Below are positions 1 to 11,349 of a stretch of DNA of 54,236 nucleotides, one piece after another; within the stretch, counting starts at the first letter, position 1; every line of letters starts with the position of its first letter. This stretch comes from Chromera velia. Its lineage: Eukaryota. The stretch is taken from the NCBI GenBank assembly GCA_018398765.1, contig JAHBMJ010000195.1, positions 1-54,236 on the forward strand, in the 5' to 3' direction. The notes under the pieces are model-generated. The model did no database searches and was not told the DNA's origin. It saw nothing but the letters and a program-made list of their open reading frames with translations. The position numbers and the translations under genes are program-made.

Positions 1-670
1 GGTAGTCTGGAGGGGGGAACTGTGTGCTGGTGGGAGGGGGGATACTTTGGCCGGGGGGACACTGGGGGGGGGGAGGGGGAATCAGAGGGGAGCGTGGGGA
101 CGGGTGGTATGGGTGGGTACCGTGGCTCCTCCCTGGTGCATGGAGGGCATGGCATATGTGGTCACCGGGGGGGGGACTCTGATGGAATGTTTGAGGGTTC
201 GGGTACTGAGGGGGGGCATCTGGATGTTGGTTCCGGGGGGGATTCTGGAGGGAGCTGCGTTGACTTTGGGGGGTCAGTGGATGAAGAGAATGAGTCTGGG
301 TCCGAGTCGTCAGAGGGAGAGGAGGGAGGGGAGGACGATGGAGATGCAGACTCTGACGATTGAAAAATGTGCACCAAATTCTGCTAAAATATTTTGAGGA
401 GTCTTTTACCACAAATTTTTTGTATGACGAGTTTCTTACTATTTCTTAGCTGCATGTTTATATAAGTTAATTTTGATTTACGAACAGAGGATAACTCAAA
501 TATATATTTATTTGATATTTATTTGAATTTATTTTACTATAATCAGCTTAGGTCTAAATCTAGTTTCAAATTTAAGCTTTCTCTCATTATAATTTATTGA
601 TACCAAGAGTGAGCCAGACGTGCTTGGAACAGATCTCAAATGCATTTCCCCCCTTGGTGCGCGGTATAAT

Positions 671-975
671 CTAGGGGTTATTTTCAAAAAAAAAAAAGTG
701 GTCCCCAGGACAAATTTATTTTTATTTTTTTTGCTTTTCAATGATAATCTCCATCAAGATATAACAAGCATATGCAACACCTTGCAACACAAAAGCAACA
801 GTTGTATAACAGTGCAACAACATTTATTTATCATTATAATAAAGAAACAATAGTATAACAATACTTAAATAACACTTGTTGATTCGTGCAACACATAATG
901 TTTTAGTTTGACATCAGAAAAAAAAAAGAAAGTGAAAATGACCATTTTTTTTTTATTTATTTAAATAACCCCTAG
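671..975. mobile_element. Non-autonomous TIR element (MITE) with CTAGG termini, degenerate
   Basis: Left end CTAGGGGTTATTT..(A)n..TGGTC is the inverse of right end GACCA..(T)n..AAATAACCCCTAG. Internal TGCAACAC repeats. Flanks ggtataat/gggacaat match 6/8 (possible decayed TSD). Confidence 0.6.
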
Positions 976-1195
976 GGGACAATAGATATTAATAGATGAA
1001 AACTAGGTTGGATTCCGTTGGAACACTCAGTTAAAACAATGTACAAGCTAGGATAAACGCGGCAGACTGAGCGTGGTTAGCCGGCGCGCCGGTATGCGGC
1101 CTCCTAGGTGGCCTCATGCTTCTACTAGCTCGATCGTGCGCCCGCGCACGCGGCCCTCCCTGGCCGGGCGCCACTGCATGAAACTAGGTATCAAG

Positions 1196-1775
1196 CTAGG
1201 CGTCGGCTAAAGAAGAAAAAAAAAAAACATCCCTCCAAATCCTAGCTAGCTTTACTTTTTTTTTTTCTTTTTTTCTTTTTCAGTTAAACAACTGTTTTTC
1301 AAATGTTGCGCAGGTGTTGTTCATGTGTTGCATAACCGTTGTTAAGTGTTGTTGAGGGTAAAAAACTAGGTATGATATGTGAAGTTATTTTTATAATAAA
1401 GCCCGACCCAAAACTTTAAACTTTAAAACTTTTTTAACTTTATTATAGTCTTTATAACTTTAGAACTAAGACGCTCTTAGTAAGAGACGCTTTACTTTAA
1501 CGATTTTTTTTCACATTTTTTACCAGGGGAATTTTACCTTTTCATAACTTCTAAAAATCTGTACCCAGTATTACCCACAAACTTTTAAAAATTCTTTTAA
1601 AGTGAATTTCAAAAGTTTTATTTCATAATCCATGGTCTGAAATCAGATTTTAAACTTTATTTCACTTAATTTAAAAATTTACATATCACACCTAGGTGAA
1701 AAAGTAAAAAAGAAAGGAAAAAAAAAAGATGTCCTCAGATCGCTTATTTATTTTTTTTTTTTAGCTGACGCCTAG
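1196..1775. mobile_element. Non-autonomous TIR element with CTAGG termini and 8-bp TSD; hosts a nested element
   Basis: TIRs CTAGGCGTCGGCTAAA / TTTAGCTGACGCCTAG. Perfect TSD GTATCAAG at 1188-1195 and 1776-1783. Confidence 0.85.
1366..1695. mobile_element. Nested MITE (same family as 14467-14724)
   Basis: TIRs CTAGGTATGATATGT / ACATATCACACCTAG. TSD GTAAAAAA vs GTGAAAAA (one transition). Internal similarity to 14467-14724. Confidence 0.8.
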
Positions 1776-1839
1776 GTATCAAGATAGACTAATAATGCCC
1801 TGCTAGCTCTGGTGACAGATAGACATAGCGGGAAGGCCT

Positions 1840-1893
1840 TAGGGCGGAACATATCAATCAATCAATCAATCATTCAATCAATCAATCAATCAA
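1840..1893 (+). repeat. TAGGGCGGAACAT-(ATCA)n tag, probable 3' tail of a truncated LINE/SINE
   Basis: The same 13-nt motif followed by an (ATCA)n tract recurs at 3797-3837 with unrelated flanks. Confidence 0.5.
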
Positions 1894-2439
1894 AACTGTG
1901 ACTTAAAGACAAAATGGCTTTGTAGTTATTGATAATTGTCTTCAAAACACGTATTGAAGCCTACTAAGAATCACGTACACTTTTGAAATTTATAAAAATA
2001 ATCCTAGAAATAATCAAAATATTCAATCATAAATTCATAATCAATCAACTTCTGACAAAAGTGATTATATTTAATCAAATATGATTAGACAGCCTTGTAT
2101 AAACTCGACTAAAAACTCGATCGATCTACTAAAATCACAGCTAAAATCTTATAAACTTCTATAAGAATCATATAGGATAACCTGGATAAGATCCAACCTT
2201 ATAATCCTGTAAATGCTCCTCTTTACGTAGCTCTTCACTCAAGCTCTTGAATGCTCTGCCCTCCATCCCCCCCCCCTCCCTCATTCCCACGTTTCTTCAC
2301 TCTTTTTTCTGCCCCTTTGCACGAAGAGTCCTGATCTCCTCTGCTATCTCCTCCCTCTGTTCTTGCTAGGTTTTACAGAGAAAATACGCGATCTGGGGCT
2401 CCTTCCCTAGCTCATCATTAAGCTCCTCCCCCTGCCATT

Positions 2440-3640
2440 TAACAAAATGGGAGGCCCAGAAGAAAAGAGGCCGACCCGCATCGTCCTCTGCATTCACATC
2501 GATGCCGCGAGACAGGAGTGCTCATGCTATCTGCACCTGGTTGCTCTCGTACCATGGCAGACGGTCTGTCGGCCAAGGCTGTGCACACAGCAGGTGAAGC
2601 ACGGAGGCTTCTTGCAAGTTTACTGTGTGGCACGTTGGCACCGTTGTTAAGGAGATAGTTAACGATGGGTGGTGCTGTGTACTACACAGCCAGGTGGAGG
2701 GGAGTGGTGCCATCTGAAGCGACGGCATTCACATCCGCCCCAGCCTCGACCAAAGCTTACGCAATGTCGAGATCGGGCTCCGTCATCTTGTTGTGGGTGT
2801 TGATCCGTACGAATTCATTGTCGAATGACTCGAATCCGTGTCCGATCTGATGGAGGGGCGTGAGCCCCTGCACGCTCCGGTCACGTCTCCAGAGGAAGTG
2901 GCCGTATTTGTGTGCATTCTACTGATTCACATCAGCACCACGCGAGATGAGGAGACGCACGACCTCGTGCTGGTTTCTCCTGACGGCGTAAGTCAGTTCA
3001 GACTTACCGTTTTCATCGAGAGCATCTCTGTTAAGACCGTGGTCAAGAAAGAACTCAACCAGGTCAACAGAGCCCCAGTAGGATGCGTAATGAAGCAGCG
3101 GCTCTCCGCCCTCTTCCACATGGTGGACGTACGCCCCTTAAGAGACACGCCCCTTGAGAGACAAAGAAGCGTACCGTGTCAACAATGTCACGAATCTCTT
3201 GAGGAGAATGCCGTTCCCTGCTCCCGTAGCATAAACTTCACAAAAGCGTCATCCCCTACACCTGAGGCCTCTCTGCACCCTCGAGCACAAAGAGTGTCAC
3301 CATTCCCCACTGCTTTTTTCTTGCGGCGAATACCACTAACTGCTCAAACCACTTCACGCCTGCACGCACCAGGACTCTGGCTACATCTAGATTCTTCTTG
3401 GAGACAGCCCGCCATAGTGACTTAGTGGCCACTTTTGCCCCCGCACTCACGAAAATATTCACAGCCTCTAGATTCTCAGTCGAGACCGCGCGCTCTAGCG
3501 CTGCCTCCTTCTCTTCATTAAGCCCAGAGGACACAGCATCCACATCGGCACCGGCCTCCAACAACATTTTCAGCGTGGTGCTGTTCTTCAGAGAGTCTGA
3601 CCGGGTAAAGGCAGTCTTGCTGGTCTAAATCTCCTGCTGC
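2440..3640 (-). pseudogene. Ankyrin-repeat protein pseudogene (boundaries approximate)
   Basis: Ankyrin motifs LLEAGADVDA, LLHYASYWGSVDLVEFFLDHG, LLISRGADVN and ALVEAGADVNAVASDGTTPLHLAV, interrupted by in-frame TAA/TAG stops and frameshifts. Confidence 0.85.
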
Positions 3641-3796
3641 CCCTGTCCTCAAAGCGCAAAGTTCTTCTTCATAATGCCATGTAAATCGGCACCTACACGG
3701 AGCACAAGGGCGAGGTCGTCTTCCTGCCTTGTCGTGCTGAAAGTGGCAAGGGCCTCTATAACCATCTCGGGAGAGACCGGCTGGTACTTTTGAATC

Positions 3797-3837
3797 TAGG
3801 GCGGAACATATCAATCAATCAATCAAATCAATCAATC
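3797..3837 (+). repeat. Second TAGGGCGGAACAT-(ATCA)n tag
   Basis: Matches 1840-1893. Confidence 0.5.
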
Positions 3838-4677
3838 TGATCCTCTCACATATCGGTAAAAAGTTGTGATAAGTCTATTTTGCAATTTTTACTGTGCATC
3901 TGATCAAGTTCTCTCAAAAGAAAACGTTTGAATCCAGCTGCTTTGTGCGTAATTCGAAACAGGGCTCAAGAGTCGAGGGAGGAAAGATTTTTATTAATTC
4001 CCTTGGGGCTGACAGCCCATGTTCAGGCGCGAGAGGATTCCACCACTGCAGCGAGGGTATCTTTCCTGTACCTAAAAACACTCAGAACTCCACATAAAAA
4101 AGTGTCGAGGGAGTGAAGACCCTCCAGAAGGGAGTTTGGAACTTCAATCAGAACATTCTTTTTTTATTTCAAGAGACAGCTGCTTGGCTTGAACACGGAC
4201 AACGGCTACCAGTGAGAAGAAAAACGAAGTCACAGAACACATAATTATCAATAAAGAGTCTTTGCCTTGTCTAACGCAAGCAACCGATACGTAGACTTCA
4301 GCAGTGACAGAAAGATCGATTGTGTGCTCCAGTACATATCGTCTGGAGAATTCTGGAGATGTCTGGAGAACCATTGAAGAAATTTGGAGAACCGTTGCAT
4401 GGAAACTCCCGGCATGGCCCAGAAAGCGTAGCTGCATGAGGGGCACTTACCGAGACCGAGACTTACAAAGAGTTGAGGTGGAAGGCCTTGGATGTCGACG
4501 TACGTGCTGAATCTCCGATTAAAAAACTGCATGACGCACATAATTTTCATCATTGCCCCGGAAATATCGCTAAGAGGGCACTTAACAAAACTCGAACACT
4601 TCCGACTCCAGTTAATTCCGAGTCTAAAGTTAATTTCGCTTTCTAGGCCATTTGCATGGAGTGCGTCAGATCGATAT

Positions 4678-4997
4678 CGTCAGATTTCCTCCTAGACTAA
4701 GAACGTAGTCTAGTTGGAGATTTATCATACCTTACCTCCTTAAGTCTGTCAGTCAGAGTTCATTTCTAAGGACTCCATTCAAGCGATACCGGTGGACGAA
4801 GACTGTACGGCATGCTTCTATTTCTTTCTGTATTGCAAGTCTACTATTTTTTTCTCTGTATTGTCAGTCTGTCACTTAATTCTCTTAGTGCACTTAATTA
4901 ATGCCGGCCAGGCTTAGTATTGCGAAGTTAGTTTCCCAATCCCAGTTCTAGCAAGTTTGGTGGGTGATCAAGTCGCCGTACAGGCCACAACGTAACG
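4678..4997 (-). repeat. 3' LTR (320 bp)
   Basis: ~95% identical to 10109-10428. On the + strand it starts CGTCAG and ends GTAACG. Confidence 0.97.
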
Positions 4998-4999
4998 TG

Positions 5000-5013
5000 C
5001 CCTCTCCTCCCCC
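5000..5013 (-). other. Polypurine tract GGGGGAGGAGAGGG
   Basis: Purine run on the minus strand 2 nt before the 3' LTR. Confidence 0.9.
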
Positions 5014-5031
5014 ATGGCCTGTGCACCTCAC

Positions 5032-8000
5032 TTAGGCCGAAGCATAGAAATTGACAATCGCTTGTTTTGTATTCTTCAATGACGACAGGGGCTCCCATGA
5101 TGCGTCTTCCAATGGATATCCCCTCCAGAGAACCTTGTACTGCTTGGTCTTGCCCCTCCCTCGGACTACAAGGATTTTCTCGACTTCATACTCCTCCTCG
5201 GCCCAAGCGAGCATGCGGACAGACGGGGGGCGAGTCTCCCTACTCTGCTGACGGTAAGGCTTGCACAACGATATGTGAATGATAGGGTGCTTCCTGCTCT
5301 CAGCAGGCAAAACAACCTCCAGATTGTTTCAAGGCAGAATGGTCTCGACTTCGAATGGACCGAACCAAACTGAATCAAGCTTCCTAACATATTCCTCTCC
5401 CTTCCCCATAGGACGTGGCCACCATGTGCGGTGCACCAGGATGTAATCTCTTACTTGGATGTTTTCGGCGGGATGCCGACGGCGATTGGCGTTTCGGGTC
5501 ATGACTTGTTGGGCTGAGCGGAGTAAATCTCTCACTGCAGCGATCATCTGGCTGTACTCCTCCAGATATTCCCCTGTGTTGAAAGAAGGTTCGACTGAGA
5601 CTGGGAGATTGAGAGTAGGGGGGATAAGCGGGGACTTCCCACCATCAAGAGTGAGGGGTGCAAAACCAGTCCCCTCATAGACAGAGGAGTTGTATGCAAA
5701 CTTCACATCATACAGAAATTCAGACCACCGGGAGTGCTTCGTGTCTACCAGACACCATAAAGCCTCCTCAAGGGTGCGATTCATTCTCTCTGCGGCACCT
5801 GCTATATCGTGGTGCAATGCAGTCGCGAAATCGACTTCTGAACCGCTGGAGGCATGGAAGGTCTGCCAAAAGCGGGCGACAAAACGGGGGTCACGGTCGC
5901 AGACGATATGACGCTGGAAGCCTTTCTTGCATGAAACGTGCTGGCGGTAGATTTGCGCGGTCTCCTCTGCTCCTGCTGTACTGTGAGTGGGAATCAAGAC
6001 GACTGCCTTGATGAGCCGGCAAAGCACCATAAGAATCGCATCAAACCCCTCATCACTGGAAGGCGGCAAGTCAGTAAGGCGGTCAATGCAAATCGACTCC
6101 CAAGGGCATGAAAGGATAGAGAGGGGCTGCAGAAGCCCGAGGCGGGCCGCAGTGGGACTCTTGCTTCTCTGACACCGATCGCACGCACGAACAAAAGAAG
6201 CGACTGACCTCCACATCTTGGGCCAGTAGTACAATGACGCCACCTTCCGATAGGTCTTCCCCATCTCAAAGTGAGCAGCGTGCAGAGGGGAGTGCACCCC
6301 AGCCATCACAGTCCCCTGCTGAGATTTAGGGACATAGAGACGATTCCTCTCAAAATACAGGAGACCGGCGTGAAGCGACATGCCTCGCAAACGAAGGGCA
6401 AAATTAGGGGTGGGGGCGGGTGGGTACTGCTGTGACAGATGCTGAAGGACAGGGTGGAAGAAGGGATCGGCTGAGTATCCCCTCCTGCAGGAATGCATTC
6501 GTGAAGACCGTCAAACTCTGCAACTCCATCCCTACCCGAGACTGCTGTCCATCTCCCTTCCTAACTGGAGTCTGGCTCTCCTCAATCTCAGGAACCAAAT
6601 CGGGTAGATCAGCGTACTCTGCCCCTAAAGACCCAACGGGCTGGACAGACACTGGGACAGCCTCTGGCAGAGGCCTGGGACGTACAGGCAGACGCTGAGC
6701 GCAACCCATGCGAGAAAGCTTGGCGGAAGACGGTATAAGCTGCCGTGCGGCAGGAAGGTTTCGGGAAAGGGCGTCTGCCACAACGTTTGCTCTCCCTGAG
6801 ATGTACTTTGGAGTGATGCCGAGCTCCTGCATGAACTTAATCCAGTGTCGGACTCACAGGGAGCAAAATTCGAACGATCGGTGGCTAAATTTGTGAGGCT
6901 CTGGTGATCGGTCCATATTTCGGAGTCTGAAGACAGGAAGTGTCTCCATACCTTTACGAAATGCACAATCGCTAGAAATTCCAACTCTCGGACGGGGTAC
7001 TTGGCTTCCGTAGATGTTAGACAGCGGGAGCCGAAAGCAAGGGGGCAGTATCTCCTGGTTGCGCAGTCCTTTTAGAGGGCGACAGCTCTAATAGCTCCTA
7101 CAGACTGCAACACATCAGGTACCAGAATGACTGGCTTGCTGGGATCGGGGAGGGCAAGGGTGGCGTGCTCCTGTACTGCCTTCTTCAGCTCAGCAAACGT
7201 ACGTGACTGTGCAGTCTTCCATTCGAAGGGGACATTCCCCTGGAGGAGGAATGTGAGAGGCCCCACAAGAAACGAGAACCTCGGGACAAACCGGCGGAAC
7301 CAATTGGCCAGTCCCAGAAACTGGTGTAGAGAAGTGCGGTCTGTGGGTTGTGTGAACTCAGTGAGCCCTTGTATTTTCTCATGGCTCGGTCTGACCCCCT
7401 TCCCATCAACCACTAACCCCAAAAATTTCGCCTCTGTCCGAAGCCATGCGCATTTAGAGACCTTAACGTAGAGCTGGTGTTCCCTCAAAAGGGAAAGGAC
7501 TTGGTTGATGTGCTTGATATGCTCCTCCGGAGTGCGGCTAAAAACAAGAACATCATTAATAAACATAACAACACACTTGTTAAGGAGTGGTCTGAGCACA
7601 TCCGTGATGAGACGCATGCTGATAGAAGGTGCGTTACACAAATCAAACGGCATCACCAGCCATTCAAAACTGCCGTACCTTGTGACGAATGCCGTCTTCT
7701 CCTCATCTCTCTCCCTGATCCTTGTCTGATGGAAGTATTGCCGTAAGTCCAGAGACGAGAAAAATTTCGCGCCGTGGAGGCGAATCAGCAGCTCCTCTGG
7801 GTGAGGAATGGGGAATTTGTCGCGGACTGTAATCTTGTTGAGTCCCGTGAAGTCGATGTACATCCGTTGCGTCCTGTCTGCCTTCTGCATAAACAGGACT
7901 GGTACAGTATATGGACTTGTCGAAGGGCAGATGTGCCCTTTCTCGAGGTATGAGTCCAACTGCCGTCTCAGCTCATCAAGCTGACCGTATGACAGTCGGT

Positions 8001-8850
8001 AGGGTGCTCTCGCAGGAGGAGCGTGCCCTGCCTCGAGCTTGATCTCACACTCGATTTTTCGGTGGGGCGGGGGACCCGGAAGCTCGTCTGAGAACCGATC
8101 AAAATATTTTTCGAGAACCGGTCGGACGCTGAGCAGGACCTCTTTGCTCTGGAGGTGCTTTCAGAATCCTGTGTAGGTCGAAGAATTGATGGGATGGTCA
8201 GGAAGGAAAGACGAAAGGGGCGGTGGGTCTCCGGGCTTACCGGCAGACTGTAGGGAATGCACCCCCAACGTATCACTCACCCCCCCCTTCCGCACTGCTT
8301 CGAGGCGGAACAGATACATATGGGAACTGGGTCTCTTCATCAGCCGATGGAGCTCTCTCTGGCTAAAGAAGTCCTCCCCCTCCCCTTCCGCCGGGTACTC
8401 CTCGCTGTCAAACAGGAGTAAGTCTCTCCCGGTTGGCAACTCACACGCGGGGATCGTGAGGGCCTTCTCATGGTAATATAAGATAGGAATGTACTCCTCA
8501 CAGAAGGGTATCCCCAACACAACATCGTAATCATCGTCCAGATCGACTACTGTGAGATCCAGAGGCGTGCTGAAGCCCTGGATACAGAGGGGAAGGCCTT
8601 TGACCTCCTGAGAAATCGGAAGCTACGGTCTCCCGTTCAACCTGCCCTTGCATGCGGTCGGCTCATCGAGATCCCAGAGAGTGAAGCGGTTTGACTCGGC
8701 AACGGAATGGGCAAAGAAGTTCGAATCTGCCCCAGGATCGTACAAACAGCGAACAGGGACCCCTGCCAACCGACCGTGGAAGCGGATGAGCTTCCCCGGT
8801 GCGTGGGAGGTTTTCATAGAGTAGTATCTGCGAAACAGGTAGCCGTTTTG
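5032..8850 (-). pseudogene. pol: pol polyprotein remnant: protease, RT, RNase H, integrase, chromodomain
   Basis: Protease CLYDPGADSNF. RT RDKFPIP..SLDLRQYFHQ..KTAFVTRYGSFEWLVMPF..FINDVLVFS. RH EFLAIVHFVKVWRHFL..TDHQSL and NVVADALSR. IN HSPLHAAH..CDRCQ..CDRDPRF..AERMNRTL. Chromodomain YEVEKIL..YKVLWRGYPLEDASWEP. Broken by stops and frameshifts. Confidence 0.95.
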
Positions 8851-10029
8851 CATGCCTGCATTCTGATTCTGCTGTCGCGACCCCTACAACCCCGGCAGGA
8901 AGTCAGTGACTGGGCGTGCGGCAAGCTGCCACATCTGCTGGTGCTGCATGGGTGAAGGTGCAAGGCCTGAGGGCACCACCAGACCCTGAGGTTGCATGAA
9001 AGGGTTGCTGACCCCCATATGCCTGAAATTCCGATTGTCAGGGCGGGGAGGGGCATTTCGATGCTGCTGTTGTTGCTGCTGAAATGACTGATATGGGAAG
9101 TTTTGGTGCTACTGGGGGAGGAGACGGTTGTTAGACTTTGGGCACCTGTTCGCCCGGTGGCCCTGTTAGTGGCAGCTGAGATATTTGTCTTCTCTGATGT
9201 GCCTCTGCACCTGCTCGTACGACAGCGCATATAGGTGTGACAATCTTTCTATTTTTATTGGTACAGGCCCATCCATGTTGCGCTGTTACACCGTATGCCC
9301 GCCCCCATCGGCGCGCTCGCCTCTGATCAATTGGTCTTCCTCGTCTGCCACTGTCATGACGGCCTCAAGTCCTGTGACTCTCCGACACTAGCCCCGACGC
9401 TTTACAGCGAGACGAATGTCAGTTGGCAATCCCCTGAGGTAGTCGTGTAGCAGGTCGGCTTCTGTGACATCCTCAATTTGCATGGCCTTCTTTATGAAGT
9501 CATCGGTGTACTTTTATACTGTCTTGTTCCCACATTTCATCGCTCAGACTTCCTCTCGCAAACATGTCTGAGCATTTAGGTCTTTGAATTTCTTCCTAAT
9601 CCTCTCTTTGAAATTCTCCCACCCCTGGAACGGCGTTCGAAGGTTTTTAAGCTCGTACCACCTCTGCAGGGGACAGGATAGATACTGATATGCTGCTTCG
9701 CATTTCTCAGCTTCCGATGCTCGCGATAAGCGAAGCCATCTCTCTATCGTACGGAGCCGATCTAGGAGTTGTTTGCGACTGCCTGCGTACGTGAACGGCT
9801 CTTTGGGTTTCAAATTTGACTTCACGACCGCTGGGAGGCTGTTCACCGCGGTGCCCTGTTGTGCTGTCACGACTGTCTACTGGTAGTTGATCAGCTCTTG
9901 GTGCAGCTGTTGATTCTGTTGGGTTAACTGCCCATTTTGGACCTGCAGTGCCTGGATCTCAGCTTACTGCTGCTGTTGAGTTTGAATGAGCTGCTGGATG
10001 AGCTCAGGAGTGATACTGGACAGATCCAT
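8850..10029 (-). pseudogene. gag: gag remnant with coiled-coil N-terminus and degenerate CCHC knuckle
   Basis: ATG 10029: MDLSSITPELIQQLIQTQQQQ*AEIQALQ..NYQ*TVV, then KPKEPFTYAG..WENFKERIRKKF. Knuckle YLSCH*QGHRANRC at 9183-9142. Confidence 0.85.
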
Positions 10030-10090
10030 CCTGCCCGCACGTCAAACAACGGTTGAGAGGCAGAGCAGGGTCTCCCTGAGGTGGAGGACC

Positions 10091-10108
10091 GGGGCTCTCC
10101 TGCTACCA
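10091..10108 (-). other. Primer binding site TGGTAGCAGGAGAGCCCC (tRNA-Met-like)
   Basis: TGG-starting sequence directly abutting the 5' LTR. TGGTAGCAG resembles the complement of initiator tRNA-Met 3' ends. Confidence 0.75.
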
Positions 10109-10428
10109 CGTCAGATTTCCTCCTAGACTAAGAATGTAGTCTAGTTGGAGACTTATCATACCTTACCTCCTTAAGTCTGTCAGTCAGAGTTCACTTCCAA
10201 GGACTCCATTCAAGCGATACCAGTGGACGAAGACTGTATGGCATGCTTCTATTTATTTCTGTATTGCAAGTCTATTATTTTTTTCTCTGTATTGTCAGTC
10301 TATCACTTAATTCTCTTAATGCACTTAATTAATGCCAGCCAGGCTTAGTATTGTGAAGTTAGTTTCCCAATCCCAGTTCTAGCAAGTTTGGCGGGTAATC
10401 AAGTCGCCGTACAAGCCACAATGTAACG
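10109..10428 (-). repeat. 5' LTR (320 bp)
   Basis: Direct repeat of 4678-4997. Confidence 0.97.
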
Positions 10429-10797
10429 GATATTCCGTATGCAGGGCCGCGGAACCGGCTTTTTTAAATTAATTGAAGCTCTGGGTGAGCCGCGCCCTGC
10501 CGCGGCGCGGCGAGTAGCTCTGACAAATGAGTGACAATTAATTATAATCTCTGTGCTATGCATCCACGAACCCTTATTTAAAAAATTATAATTGCCGACA
10601 TAAATGCATGGCCCCGGAAAGTGAAGCGGGGGGCACTTACAAAACAGAAATACCCCAGCCCGCAGTGTCTTTCACCAAAAACCCGGCCCCGAAAGGCTGA
10701 ATTTGCGAGATGCGTGCGTCAGATGGGTTTCAGATCTCTACTTACCCCCGGGCTTTTTTCCCGGGGGAGGGGGGGGTTCCGCGCATGCTTTTTTCTC

Positions 10798-10992
10798 NNN
10801 NNNNNNNNNNNNNNNNNNNNNNNNNNNNNNNNNNNNNNNNNNNNNNNNNNNNNNNNNNNNNNNNNNNNNNNNNNNNNNNNNNNNNNNNNNNNNNNNNNNN
10901 NNNNNNNNNNNNNNNNNNNNNNNNNNNNNNNNNNNNNNNNNNNNNNNNNNNNNNNNNNNNNNNNNNNNNNNNNNNNNNNNNNNNNNNNNNNN
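10798..10992. other. Assembly gap
   Basis: Run of N. Confidence 1.
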
Positions 10993-11069
10993 GGGGGGGG
11001 TCCGGCGCGGCGTGCGTCAATCGTGCAGTTCTCATTTTTCTTGCTTTCCGGGGCCGTTCGCAAGCTTGC

Positions 11070-11135
11070 TTGCGTCAGAATCTTGCGTCAGATGCATGAA
11101 TGGATGCCATGCATGAATGCATGCATGCGTCTGAC
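11070..11135. promoter_or_regulatory. Putative promoter motif cluster (GCGTCAGA, TGCATG repeats)
   Basis: Two GCGTCAGA and several TGCATG(CA) copies ~250 bp upstream of the 11350 ATG. TGCATGCA is a known ApiAP2-bound motif in apicomplexans. Confidence 0.4.
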
Positions 11136-11349
11136 CTTCGTGCAATTAATGATCGCGATCGAGGGCCGGCTGGATTTCTGACCTGATTCCTGAATGAGTC
11201 CCACAGTGGCAAATACCCGTCGTCAGGCTGTCAGTCAGATTCACTTACGCGAGTGTGGGTCCGCTAGTTATCGTCCATCGCGAAACTTTTCGGAGCCGTA
11301 TGAAGGGAATTACATATATGACACTCGACAAGTCTCCTTTTCTTTGAGC

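Larger units (their letters stand above)
4678..10428 (-). mobile_element. Full-length decayed Ty3/Gypsy LTR retrotransposon (chromovirus)
   Basis: Two 320-bp LTRs, 5-bp TSD GATAT (4673-4677, 10429-10433), PBS and PPT. Domain order gag-PR-RT-RH-IN-chromodomain. Confidence 0.97.

Noticed and set aside
1..397. G-rich ORFs at the window start
   Set aside because: Low-complexity, truncated by the window edge, no recognisable domain.
4144..4553. Small ORFs left of the LTR element
   Set aside because: Overlapping short frames with no recognisable motif or supportable splice model.
10621..11181. ORFs spanning the N run
   Set aside because: Artefacts of the assembly gap.
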